Source: a virus (lineage: Duplodnaviria > Caudoviricetes). From it: DNA of 64,000 nucleotides. Positions 8,819 through 17,342 of this stretch are shown here, piece after piece. Every line of letters starts with the position of its first letter. The stretch's first letter is position 1. The notes below the pieces were generated by a model that saw nothing but the letters and a program-made list of their open reading frames with translations, did no database searches and had not been told where the DNA came from. The position numbers and the translations under genes are program-made. The stretch lies in IMG/VR virus record IMGVR_UViG_3300028797_000005, positions 1 to 64,000 of that record; one strand, given 5' to 3'.

Positions 8819-10582
8819 CTACAATGACATAAGTTCTTGAATAGATTCTCGAATAGATGGTAATCTGCCAACCTCTACTTCTAAAGCATACGAAAAAGAA
8901 GCTGAGTGCATTGCACCTCTAGGATCGCTATTATTTTCATTAGGATATTTTGTTTGAACATAAGCAGAGTAAGCAGCATCAGCACCACTCATATCATAGC
9001 CTACCACTCGTAATGTAACAGTGCCATCTTGAGCAGATATGCTTTTTAAAATTTCATCAACTAAAGTATAAGAAAAAATAAAATTTTTACCAATAATAAA
9101 TACATCAGGAATACCTGCAATAATAGAGTTAACATCTATATTTTCTTCTACCGCGAAATACTGTTTAGATTCTTCAGATATCTCAATAGAAGACTTATTT
9201 AAGTTCATTAACTGAGCAATAGAACTTTCTATATAAGTGCGAATACCATCTTGAACTATTTGAAATCTCGCTGCGGTTTTATCAAATTCAGTATTAATAG
9301 GAATATTATAATATTTTGAAAAGAAAAAATCTCCGAATACTGGCACCAATTCCGGCTCTCCTAAACGACCGAAACCTTGGCCAGAAAGAAATGTGTCTAA
9401 TGGTATTTTATCTGTTGGTCTTAAAAATTTAAATGATTGATTTTTTACATTTTTTGGTGTATAATTTTTAACTTGGACACCTAAGGCCCCATAAATTATA
9501 TCTATAGGAACTTCTTGTCCTTTTGTTGATTTTAATTTAACGCCAGCTGCAGCAACTTCTTTTTTTAATAAAGGACTTAATAATGCTAAATAGTCAAAAA
9601 ATGAAAGCCAATACCATTCACCTAAAGCGCCAGTTATTGCTGAGGAACTAGAGTTAATAGCTATGGCTCCTCCTATTAATGATAAATTTTTAATAAGAGA
9701 TGAACTTATTTTGCTGTCACTTATCGTTGTTTTAACTTTATTTTCTAAATATTGCTGCGTCGCCGATAATGGTGAACTACTAGTTTTAGATCCGAAAACT
9801 TGCGGATTTTGAGAAATAATATAATCATAAATAATTTTTTCTAATTTGGAGTCAGTTTTTCGTCCTCTAAAATTAATACTTAAGCGACGATCTCCATCCC
9901 ATCTTAAGGTAAGACCGATTTGTTTTAATAAAACTTCGCTACCAGATTTACCTTTTAAAGCAATACCACGAGAACCACCGCTCATTTTTTTAAGTTCTCC
10001 AATGGAACGAGTAGATACATCTTCTATATAAATGCTTAGATAATCTTTTCCAGAGATTTTTGCATCATGTCCTAATTTCATCATGCCATTTGCCATAGCT
10101 TCTGTAAATACTTCTAAAATACCGGAAGGTAATTGAACTTGTTCATCTATAATTTCCATTAATGATGGTTCTGTTCCACCAAAAATGAGCGGTTCTCCAC
10201 CTTCAGCAAGATTATTGTTTACATAATCTAAAACAGCATTACTCATTCCATCAAACATTCTTTGAATAGTAGAATTATAATCTTTAAAACTATCAAATAA
10301 AGTACGGGTTTGATCATTCCATACCTCTAGACCATTATTAAAAGCAATTATTTCTTCTTCACTACCAAAGTGTTCTTTAAATCTTTTTGTTAATAAAGTT
10401 TTTAGGCCTTCTAATTGATCCTTCTCATATTCATAGATACTATCTTTAACTTGTTTAGCCATATTAGCTACTTGCCCTTCGTTAAATATTGCATCATTAT
10501 CTATTGGAATACTGTGAATTTTTCCAAGTAAAGCATTTTGTATTTCTAAAACGCCTTGTTCGCTTCTAAAACGAGGATCCAT
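8819..10582 (-). CDS. 587-aa protein with putative PD-(D/E)XK nuclease motif
   Basis: GALGE...PIDII....GVQVKNY. Confidence 0.55.
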   Translation of the reverse strand: MDPRFRSEQGVLEIQNALLGKIHSIPIDNDAIFNEGQVANMAKQVKDSIYEYEKDQLEGLKTLLTKRFKEHFGSEEEIIAFNNGLEVWNDQTRTLFDSFKDYNSTIQRMFDGMSNAVLDYVNNNLAEGGEPLIFGGTEPSLMEIIDEQVQLPSGILEVFTEAMANGMMKLGHDAKISGKDYLSIYIEDVSTRSIGELKKMSGGSRGIALKGKSGSEVLLKQIGLTLRWDGDRRLSINFRGRKTDSKLEKIIYDYIISQNPQVFGSKTSSSPLSATQQYLENKVKTTISDSKISSSLIKNLSLIGGAIAINSSSSAITGALGEWYWLSFFDYLALLSPLLKKEVAAAGVKLKSTKGQEVPIDIIYGALGVQVKNYTPKNVKNQSFKFLRPTDKIPLDTFLSGQGFGRLGEPELVPVFGDFFFSKYYNIPINTEFDKTAARFQIVQDGIRTYIESSIAQLMNLNKSSIEISEESKQYFAVEENIDVNSIIAGIPDVFIIGKNFIFSYTLVDEILKSISAQDGTVTLRVVGYDMSGADAAYSAYVQTKYPNENNSDPRGAMHSASFSYALEVEVGRLPSIRESIQELMSL

Positions 10583-10685
10583 TCTTTACCTCCTATAAAG
10601 GTACTCTATTAAAAGTAAACTTCCGGAGATATTTCTAAATAAAATAAAAGAGCCGCATTTCTGCGGCTCAAAAGTATTTCAGCTA

Positions 10686-11096
10686 CTAAGCTCTCTTGTA
10701 ACCAGTTCTTACGCTCTGATTGACAAGGCCTTTCTTGTTGGTGTATTCACACACAATGTCCTCGGTGAGAACAGTCTTGTCCTCAATGACAGGACGAAGC
10801 GCAATCGCAATCTGTGCAGAAAGCACCTGGAGTCCAGCAGCCTTAGCAAGCTGTTCACCAGTCTGGGCTTCGTTGGTCATAACATTCATAACAGAGTTAC
10901 GAAGGTTGGTGTAGTACTCAGAGAACGCAGGATCTTTCTTAACTCCGCCATTCTTTTCAAGACGTTTCTTCTGCGCATTGGCCTTGGCCTTTTCATCCTG
11001 CTCAATTCTGCTGGTTACGAAAGCAACCATTTCTTCCGGGGCTTCAGTTTCTACGAGGTAGCTCTTAATAGCTTCATAATTTTCTCTAACAGTCAT
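10686..11096 (-). CDS. putative winged-helix DNA-binding protein
   Basis: QTGEQLAKAAG...SAQIAIALR; strong RBS; similar to 622..936. Confidence 0.55.
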   Translation of the reverse strand: MTVRENYEAIKSYLVETEAPEEMVAFVTSRIEQDEKAKANAQKKRLEKNGGVKKDPAFSEYYTNLRNSVMNVMTNEAQTGEQLAKAAGLQVLSAQIAIALRPVIEDKTVLTEDIVCEYTNKKGLVNQSVRTGYKRA

Positions 11097-11169
11097 CTTT
11101 TTTTTCTCCTTTTTTAAGATGGTAAAATGTTTGGTTGAGAGTCATCTCTCACTTTCTGTAATTATTATA

Positions 11170-11964
11170 CTAAAAATCTAAACTTTTTGCAAATTTTGAA
11201 CTATTAAATTGTGATAAAGAATTCATTTCTTCAGTAACGAGATTGTATCTGCGCGCATTGTGTTCTGAATCTGGGTCAGTATCCATCATGTAGAGGTACC
11301 ATTCACGATCAATCAATTCTTCAAAGCGTTGCTCATCTTCAGGCTTAATTCCCATTTGCTGCTTGATGATACCCTTGAAAACTTCGATAGTCTTATCGTA
11401 ATCCTTCTGTTGTGATTTTGTTTGCTGATATGTCCCTCTAGTTCCACCAGAACCAAGATGAATCAAGAATGATGCTCTTGGAAATGCAAGTCGCTTATGT
11501 CCACAAAGGAATACAGCTGCAGCTGCGCTTGCCGCCATGTTCATATTAATTGTGTACACCGGCGTTTCACTCATTAGAATTGCATCACATATAACCATGC
11601 ACTCGTTTAAGTTGCCACCGGGTGAATTAATATAAATCTTAATCGGAATACGCTCCTCAATGGGCTTGCCCATATCCTCAATATTCCATGTGATGATATG
11701 ATTGGCGAACACTATTGCGTCTTCATCAATTTCATTCTCAAACCATAGAATCCTGCGCGCCTGACTTCTATAATAGCTGACCACACTTGGGTCAGGCAAA
11801 GTCAGATTGGCGCAATTATCGTATTGAGCTTGGTCTTGGACAATTTCTTGGATAATGTCCTTAATTTCACTCGTTTCGATCGTTTCTTCCTCAGGCTCAA
11901 GAACTACATCTTCTGCTTCTTCGTCTGTGAAATAGGGGATTGATTCAAATTGTGCCATTTTCAT
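11170..11964 (-). CDS. clpP: ClpP-family serine protease
   Basis: IKIYINSPGG, MAASAA (Ser), FLIH (His); start moved to RBS-preceded ATG because the longer ORF overlaps a tRNA. Confidence 0.85.
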   Translation of the reverse strand: MKMAQFESIPYFTDEEAEDVVLEPEEETIETSEIKDIIQEIVQDQAQYDNCANLTLPDPSVVSYYRSQARRILWFENEIDEDAIVFANHIITWNIEDMGKPIEERIPIKIYINSPGGNLNECMVICDAILMSETPVYTINMNMAASAAAAVFLCGHKRLAFPRASFLIHLGSGGTRGTYQQTKSQQKDYDKTIEVFKGIIKQQMGIKPEDEQRFEELIDREWYLYMMDTDPDSEHNARRYNLVTEEMNSLSQFNSSKFAKSLDF

Positions 11965-11985
11965 CTCCTTACTAAAGAAATAAGT

Positions 11986-12059
11986 TGGTGGCGGAGAAGG
12001 GAGTCGAACCCTCAATAAGAGCTTATGAGGCTCTTCTGTTACCTTTACATCACTCCGCG
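11986..12059 (-). tRNA. tRNA-Met(CAT), C1-C72 mismatch (initiator-like)
   Basis: cloverleaf, loop CTCATAA, encoded CCA. Confidence 0.8.
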
Positions 12060-12187
12060 TCATCTCAACGCCCAGCTTATCGGACTGGGCATGGCGGCAG
12101 ACAGATATGCTGCATAAACAGCCCGTGGCCACACCGCTGGTTATATTAATGTCTACCAGAAAAGACAAAGGCGTGTGTGGGGTGCGA

Positions 12188-12382
12188 CTATTTTACAAGT
12201 CGCTTTTGTATATCTAACATGGTCAAAGACACATGAATAGATTCTGCTATAATTTCGGCTTCGTTTTCGTCGCCTGTCGTAAGGACTACCATGTTGTTAA
12301 TCCTTACTTCGTAATCGTAATCATCTTGATATACTGTTACTTCGTTACCACAGATAGCGGGATAAGAAATTAGCTTCTCCAT
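12188..12382 (-). CDS. hypothetical protein
   Basis: ORF track, RBS, promoter upstream. Confidence 0.7.
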   Translation of the reverse strand: MEKLISYPAICGNEVTVYQDDYDYEVRINNMVVLTTGDENEAEIIAESIHVSLTMLDIQKRLVK

Positions 12383-12432
12383 TTAATCTCTCCTTCATTC
12401 TGTAAATATTATATCAAGATTTTCGGATTAAT

Positions 12433-12645
12433 TCAAATTTTTGTAGCAAATTTTTCTGTAAGTTTATGGAGTTCTTCAAGAACATCTCCATTTTCCTTAT
12501 AAAACATATCGGAGCCGCAAACTTGCTGAAGATTCACTATAAGTTGCATAAACCGCAGTTCTGGCACTTTTTTCCATTCATCAAGGAAAGCGACAAGAAA
12601 ATCTTCCTTACTCACAATTATAGGTTTCATCTTTATATGCCTCAT
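12433..12645 (-). CDS. hypothetical phage protein (W..VPELRFMQL motif)
   Basis: ORF track. Confidence 0.7.
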   Translation of the reverse strand: MRHIKMKPIIVSKEDFLVAFLDEWKKVPELRFMQLIVNLQQVCGSDMFYKENGDVLEELHKLTEKFATKI

Positions 12646-12901
12646 ACATCAAATTAATTCCATCTTTAAAAGCTTCCCAGTCAAAACTATCATCGTCGGT
12701 ATCAATTACACTACAATCATGCCAAGCAATCAGTCTAATAACAGTAAAAGTAATATTATCTTTACCGAAATACTCGCCAAGCTGTTGAGCAACTTCAACT
12801 ATGTCATTAGCAACAACTAAGCAAGCCCCATTTCTTTCCTTAAAAGTATCTTCCTCAATATAACTTAGGTCAACCCGATAGAATCCAACTTCACTCAGCA
12901 T
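12608..12901 (-). CDS. hypothetical protein
   Basis: ORF track. Confidence 0.7.
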   Translation of the reverse strand: MLSEVGFYRVDLSYIEEDTFKERNGACLVVANDIVEVAQQLGEYFGKDNITFTVIRLIAWHDCSVIDTDDDSFDWEAFKDGINLMYEAYKDETYNCE

Positions 12902-13103
12902 CTGCTTCCTCCAAAAACCAATATATCAAATTTTCTACACAACTCTGTCCATGTCTATCTTCTCGTCTAATATCAAGGTCACAATTATCGCATCTATGGT
13001 CACATTTGACAGGCCTATTATGCGTAATAGCTGGCAAGTCACCGAACTCGCGTATGCAAAAAACAATCGTATCTTTATATCTCTCAAGATTCGTCACGGT
13101 CAA
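12891..13103 (-). CDS. small Cys-rich hypothetical protein
   Basis: ORF track. Confidence 0.65.
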   Translation of the reverse strand: MTVTNLERYKDTIVFCIREFGDLPAITHNRPVKCDHRCDNCDLDIRREDRHGQSCVENLIYWFLEEADAE

Positions 13104-13320
13104 TCTCCTTAATTACCAGATAAGTAGACCAAGAACCAAAGTCAATGTAGGTCTCAGACTTATCTTCCGGATTAACCCAAGAACGAGTAATCAATCTGCC
13201 GTCTTCAAGCTGATGGTCTTTTACGAGGGGTATAATTACATCTGTCCAAAGTACATCGTAATTAACCCTTTCGCCAAGATACCTGCGACCCTTCGCGCTT
13301 TCAAAATATACTTTATACAT
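13084..13320 (-). CDS. hypothetical phage protein (DFGSW motif)
   Basis: ORF track. Confidence 0.7.
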   Translation of the reverse strand: MYKVYFESAKGRRYLGERVNYDVLWTDVIIPLVKDHQLEDGRLITRSWVNPEDKSETYIDFGSWSTYLVIKEIDRDES

Positions 13321-13322
13321 AA

Positions 13323-13619
13323 TTACCCCCTATAAATATCATTGGGCATAAGGTCAGGCCAAATCTCGAAATCTTCAACCCAATCTTCATAGTGACGGAT
13401 ACCAAGCTCGTCAGCATACTTTGCCGCATTATCAATGCCAACAAAAGACGAGTCACTCATGATATAGCCATAAATAGTAGCTTCCATGTCATAAGGAATG
13501 TGCAGAGCCTGCGCCCTCTGAAGGCAGCTTTTAAAGCCGTGACCCGTAACAACAATCGGAAACGAATCTTCAACAATACCAGTATAAAGAGCAACAGCAC
13601 ATTTACAAAATCTTTTCAT
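13323..13619 (-). CDS. hypothetical protein
   Basis: ORF track, RBS, promoter upstream. Confidence 0.7.
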   Translation of the reverse strand: MKRFCKCAVALYTGIVEDSFPIVVTGHGFKSCLQRAQALHIPYDMEATIYGYIMSDSSFVGIDNAAKYADELGIRHYEDWVEDFEIWPDLMPNDIYRG

Positions 13620-13726
13620 AGCATTTCCTTTCCTTTTTTCATCTTACATATATAGTATATCATGATTTTCAAATATTTTCAAATTTTGACAAGAAAAAAG
13701 AGGGTGATTATTGCGCCCTCCTTAGA

Positions 13727-13803
13727 TGGTATCGGAGATGAGAGTCGAACTCATACCTCACGGTTTAGAAGACCGTTGCACTCTTCCATTATGCTACTCC
13801 GAC
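13727..13803 (-). tRNA. tRNA-Arg(TCT)
   Basis: cloverleaf, CCA. Confidence 0.9.
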
Positions 13804-13806
13804 TTA

Positions 13807-13893
13807 TGGTCGGGACAGAGGGTATCGAACCCACTCGAATCTCTTGATAGCAGATTTACAGTCTGCCCCGTCTCCTTAACGGCTTATGTCCCG
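13807..13893 (-). tRNA. tRNA-Tyr(GTA)
   Basis: cloverleaf, long variable arm, CCA. Confidence 0.9.
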
Positions 13894-13894
13894 A

Positions 13895-13970
13895 TGGTAG
13901 GGGAGGTGGGGTTTGAACCCACGACCGACGGCTTATAAGGCCGCAACTCTTACCACTGAGTTACTCCCCT
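13895..13970 (-). tRNA. tRNA-Ile(TAT)
   Basis: loop CTTATAA, CCA. Confidence 0.9.
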
Positions 13971-13973
13971 ATA

Positions 13974-14050
13974 TGGTGGGCAGAAGAGGTGTCGAACCTC
14001 CATCCTCAGGTTTTTCAGACCCGCGCTCAGACCGCTTAAGCTATCTGCCC
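13974..14050 (-). tRNA. tRNA-Phe(GAA)
   Basis: cloverleaf, CCA. Confidence 0.9.
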
Positions 14051-14051
14051 A

Positions 14052-14139
14052 TGGCGCGTACTGTAGGATTTGAACCCACGAAGCTGTTACACTCTCCAGT
14101 TTTCAAGACTGGCGCCATCAACCACTCGGCCAAGTACGC
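14052..14139 (-). tRNA. tRNA-Ser(TGA)
   Basis: cloverleaf, long variable arm, CCA. Confidence 0.9.
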
Positions 14140-14432
14140 ATAGAACAACTCCAAGTACAGGACTTGGAGTCTTTATCATTCACATAACTTATAATCCTTT
14201 TGCAGACTCCCTGTGTACGTTTTATAGTCTTAAATTCAAAGGGTAATTACTCCTTTCAGGTAGTGAGTTTTATCAAGCTCATCTCTCGCTTGTCAGCATC
14301 TAGGCTGTGATTAACTTCGGCGGCCAACCCGATTGATATTGTTATATGTCGGCAATTATTACGCTTATCCATCACGCACGGAGATGCCTTCTCCTGATTA
14401 TAGGCGTCATTTTTATGGTTTGACGAAACCAA

Positions 14433-14508
14433 TGGTGGACCTGACAGAGTACGATTCCGCAACCTCCCGCGTGCAAGGCGGGCGCTCTCCCAGTTGAGCT
14501 ACAGGCCC
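14433..14508 (-). tRNA. tRNA-Ala(TGC)
   Basis: G3-U70, loop CTTGCAC, CCA. Confidence 0.9.
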
Positions 14509-14509
14509 A

Positions 14510-14583
14510 TGGCGGTGAATACGAGGATTGAACTCGTGACTAATGATAGACGGTCATTTATGTTCCCACTACACCAATTCACC
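14510..14583 (-). tRNA. tRNA-Asp(GTC), atypical loop CCGTCTA
   Basis: cloverleaf, G73, CCA. Confidence 0.85.
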
Positions 14584-14649
14584 AAAATGCTCATGTGCCT
14601 CGAAAAGGGCTGCAAAGAAACTAGTTTCGATATTTGGACATGAGCGATG

Positions 14650-14725
14650 TGGTAGTCGCAACGAGATTTGAACTCGTGTCGCGAGATTGAAGGTCTCGTA
14701 TCCTCACCAATTAGACGATGCGACC
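14650..14725 (-). tRNA. tRNA-Glu(TTC), C33
   Basis: loop CCTTCAA, CCA. Confidence 0.85.
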
Positions 14726-15122
14726 ACGCGTGTGGGAGATAGTGAAAGCCGGTTCCCACTCCAGCTTGCAGCTGCTTAGTGCGCTCCGGGTTGCACCCAA
14801 CACCCCTGGTCTCACGCTTCCAGTGCGGTACTTAACGCTGTTCCTGCGGGCCGTTACGTCGATTGCCTCCGGACAATAGTTTAACGTCTTGGACATGGAC
14901 GGCTATTCTTTAAATGACCCGCTTCTAGCTTTCGAGGTATGTGTAGATTTTACTTCGCTTCCTTATATAGCGTTTTCCGCAAGCCACATATCATTGACTC
15001 CCTCGCGCCTTTGGGCTGAGATTTCCATTTAGGTCTACAGTCAAATGCCGGTGGTAGTTGAAATCTACAAAATCCGTGTTAACGCTTACGACTTCTTTTA
15101 AGGAGAAGTTACGAAGAACCTA

Positions 15123-15199
15123 TGGTGGTCATGGCAGGGCTTGAACCTGCGACCTCTCGCTTATCAGGCGAACGCGCTCACCAACTGCGCTACATGACC
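15123..15199 (-). tRNA. tRNA-Ile(GAT)
   Basis: cloverleaf, CCA. Confidence 0.92.
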
Positions 15200-15202
15200 A
15201 AG

Positions 15203-15305
15203 TGGTGGAGTACGAGGGGTTCGGCACCCTCATCTTTCGACGAATTAAAATTCCTTTGAACGACTTTCCTGCTATGGCTTATCGCGCCATTTAGTCTAGT
15301 ACCCC
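15203..15305 (-). ncRNA. tRNA-like RNA with Ala-type acceptor stem and aberrant D/anticodon arms
   Basis: GGGGTAC/GTACTCC-ACCA, G3-U70, T-arm GAGGG/CCCTC. Confidence 0.7.
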
Positions 15306-15386
15306 ATATCTATGCTAAGAGAAGTTCCTCTCTCAACCTTACATATATAGTATATCATAATTCTGAAATATTTTCAAATTTTATTA

Positions 15387-15462
15387 TGGCAGGCCGTACT
15401 GGATTTGAACCAATATCTTCGGAGTCAGAGTCCGACATACTCAACCATTATACGAACGGCCT
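15387..15462 (-). tRNA. tRNA-Gln(CTG)
   Basis: cloverleaf, CCA. Confidence 0.9.
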
Positions 15463-15463
15463 A

Positions 15464-15540
15464 TGGCTACCCCTACTGGATTTGAACCAGTACAACACAC
15501 GGAGTCAAAGTCCGCGGCGCTACCATTACGCTAAGGGGCA
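15464..15540 (-). tRNA. tRNA-Gln(TTG)
   Basis: cloverleaf, CCA. Confidence 0.9.
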
Positions 15541-15584
15541 ATATGGCGCGCCTAGTAGGGCTCGAACCTACAACCTACCGGTTA

Positions 15585-16177
15585 CTTCACCACATTGTTT
15601 TCACATCGTGGTCCGGACTGTGTCTTTACCTGCTTGAGGTATCTCGTGTACAGTCTCTACACACGAAAGAACATTTATAATTAGATATTCATCTTCAAAA
15701 TGAATACCTTTAACTTGATTATTTTTAGGTTTCTCATATCGAATAATTATTGCGGTACGAGGTGTATCAACTGGTACAAGAAAAATTTTATCTCTGGTAA
15801 TATTATAACAAGCATAATAATCTATTTCATCACTAGAATATAAATGTTTTATTCCATTTTTTCTATGAACAGTAGATGAAGTTAAATCAAAAATCATTTT
15901 TCCATCTTCTGCTTTAATAGATGTTTTTACTTGAATTTTATTTAATTTACCATTAAAATCTGCAATTAAGTCAGCTCGTTCATTATCTCCAAAAGGGACA
16001 TAAACTGGAATACCCAATTCTACAAATTCACATAAAACTTTTGCTTCTCCAATATTACCTATTTGTTTAGTATCCATATGTTCTTCCTTGCTCGGCGTTG
16101 TCATAGTAATAACCTTAGATTTCGCCGAATTAGCGAGATTTTCACTCATAAATCGCTTTATGAGGCTGCTATTTTTA
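15585..16177 (-). mobile_element. group I intron with homing endonuclease
   Basis: P1 GGCTGT/GCAGCC with U-G at splice site, AATTCGGCGAA core, GTAGAGACT..CAGTCC (P7), terminal G. Confidence 0.88.
15601..16077 (-). CDS. intron-encoded PD-(D/E)XK homing endonuclease (I-Ssp6803I-like)
   Basis: TKQIGNIGEAKV...PFGDNERADLI....KIQVKTS. Confidence 0.88.
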   Translation of the reverse strand: MDTKQIGNIGEAKVLCEFVELGIPVYVPFGDNERADLIADFNGKLNKIQVKTSIKAEDGKMIFDLTSSTVHRKNGIKHLYSSDEIDYYACYNITRDKIFLVPVDTPRTAIIIRYEKPKNNQVKGIHFEDEYLIINVLSCVETVHEIPQAGKDTVRTTM

Positions 16178-16285
16178 ACAGCCGGTTGCTCTGCCATTGA
16201 GCTACAGACGCATATAACGCATGGATTATCCCTTTTCGTTATGCCATGCATGACTACGGCTTATCGCTTATTGGGAATAGTCATA

Positions 16286-16361
16286 TGGAGCGATGTGCGA
16301 GATTCGAACTCGATCATCATCTGCTTGGAGGACAGAAATGTTACCATTACACCAACACCGC
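16286..16361 (-). tRNA. tRNA-Gly(TCC), C33
   Basis: loop CCTCCAA, U73, CCA. Confidence 0.85.
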
Positions 16362-16362
16362 A

Positions 16363-16438
16363 TGGAGCTGCTAACCAGGCTTGAACTGGTGACCTCGTCC
16401 TTACCAAGAACGCGCTCTGCCTACTGAGCTATAACAGC
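16363..16438 (-). tRNA. tRNA-Thr(GGT)
   Basis: cloverleaf, CCA. Confidence 0.9.
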
Positions 16439-16439
16439 A

Positions 16440-16514
16440 TGGAGCCGGCGATAGGACTTGAACCCACAACCTAGTGATTACAAAACACTTGCGCTGCCAT
16501 TGCGCCACACCGGC
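16440..16514 (-). tRNA. tRNA-Thr(TGT)
   Basis: cloverleaf, CCA. Confidence 0.9.
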
Positions 16515-16535
16515 ATACAACTGGAGGATTAAATC

Positions 16536-16784
16536 CTACCAGTTTTCATCTTCATCTTCATCAGATATAATTTCATTGAAATGCTCTTCAAAGACATCTC
16601 TCTGCATCAGTACGACATAGTTGCGGTCAGCAGACGGCGCCCATATCACATCAACGATATAGAGATTTTCCTCTCTCGAAAGCATGGTAATGTATTCTTT
16701 TTCATCTGCTAACATTTCCATAAACCTCAGAGCATTTTCACTTTTCTTAAAGACAATTTCTTGCTCAGGAATCATATGTACCAT
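16536..16784 (-). CDS. hypothetical protein
   Basis: ORF track, RBS, promoter upstream. Confidence 0.7.
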   Translation of the reverse strand: MVHMIPEQEIVFKKSENALRFMEMLADEKEYITMLSREENLYIVDVIWAPSADRNYVVLMQRDVFEEHFNEIISDEDEDENW

Positions 16785-16847
16785 TTTCTTTCCCCTTTCT
16801 TCATCTTACATATATAGTATATAACAAATCCCAAAAAATTTCAAATT

Positions 16848-17342
16848 TTACTTCGAAATTTTGTCTGCTATAGTACTAGCTACGAAAGATTGTGGTTTTA
16901 CTTTGCACTCAAGTCCTGTCGCATGAACCCAGCCGATAAGAGCTGGAATGAGTGACGCAGTTTTACCATTAGGGGAGTTGCCAGCATCAATATGAATAGT
17001 AACATTCGCACTCTTATATAAATCACGATAGCGCGGCTTCTCTAATATCTCAATCAGTTTAGTCGCAATTAGTAATGAATCACCTGTTTCGACCTGTAGC
17101 TTCTCCTGCACACTAGAAATGCGAGGGAGCCGTTTTACATGATCGAAGAAAATGCCACCATGACCTTCACAAGTAATAGCCACTACACTTACCATTTTTG
17201 TGTCATGGTAATTTTGACTATCGGTACCGATAATAATATGAAACGGAGTTTTCCAATGTTTATTCTTCTTGTAATAGTCAAGTAGCCGTTCTGGAATTGC
17301 TTCTAGTTCTACTTCACCATATGTCTGGCTTCGGAATAACAT
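16848..17342 (-). CDS. YkuK/DUF458-like RNase H-fold protein
   Basis: IIGTDSQ, GHGGIFF, IHIDAG..GKT, VKP.SFVASTIADK. Confidence 0.85.
   Translation of the reverse strand: MLFRSQTYGEVELEAIPERLLDYYKKNKHWKTPFHIIIGTDSQNYHDTKMVSVVAITCEGHGGIFFDHVKRLPRISSVQEKLQVETGDSLLIATKLIEILEKPRYRDLYKSANVTIHIDAGNSPNGKTASLIPALIGWVHATGLECKVKPQSFVASTIADKISK

Larger units (their letters stand above)
15544..16211 (-). tRNA. tRNA-Asn(GTT), split by group I intron (exons 16178-16211 and 15544-15584)
   Basis: joined exons give ACCGG-CTGTTAA-CCGGT. Confidence 0.88.

Noticed and set aside
14404-14432. preQ1-I riboswitch
   Set aside because: Similar pseudoknot shape but not upstream of a gene and ligand-binding residues not clearly matched.
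14860-14910. Pistol ribozyme (CGTC..GACG-TTAAA resemblance)
   Set aside because: Downstream pseudoknot partner and conserved catalytic segment not found.
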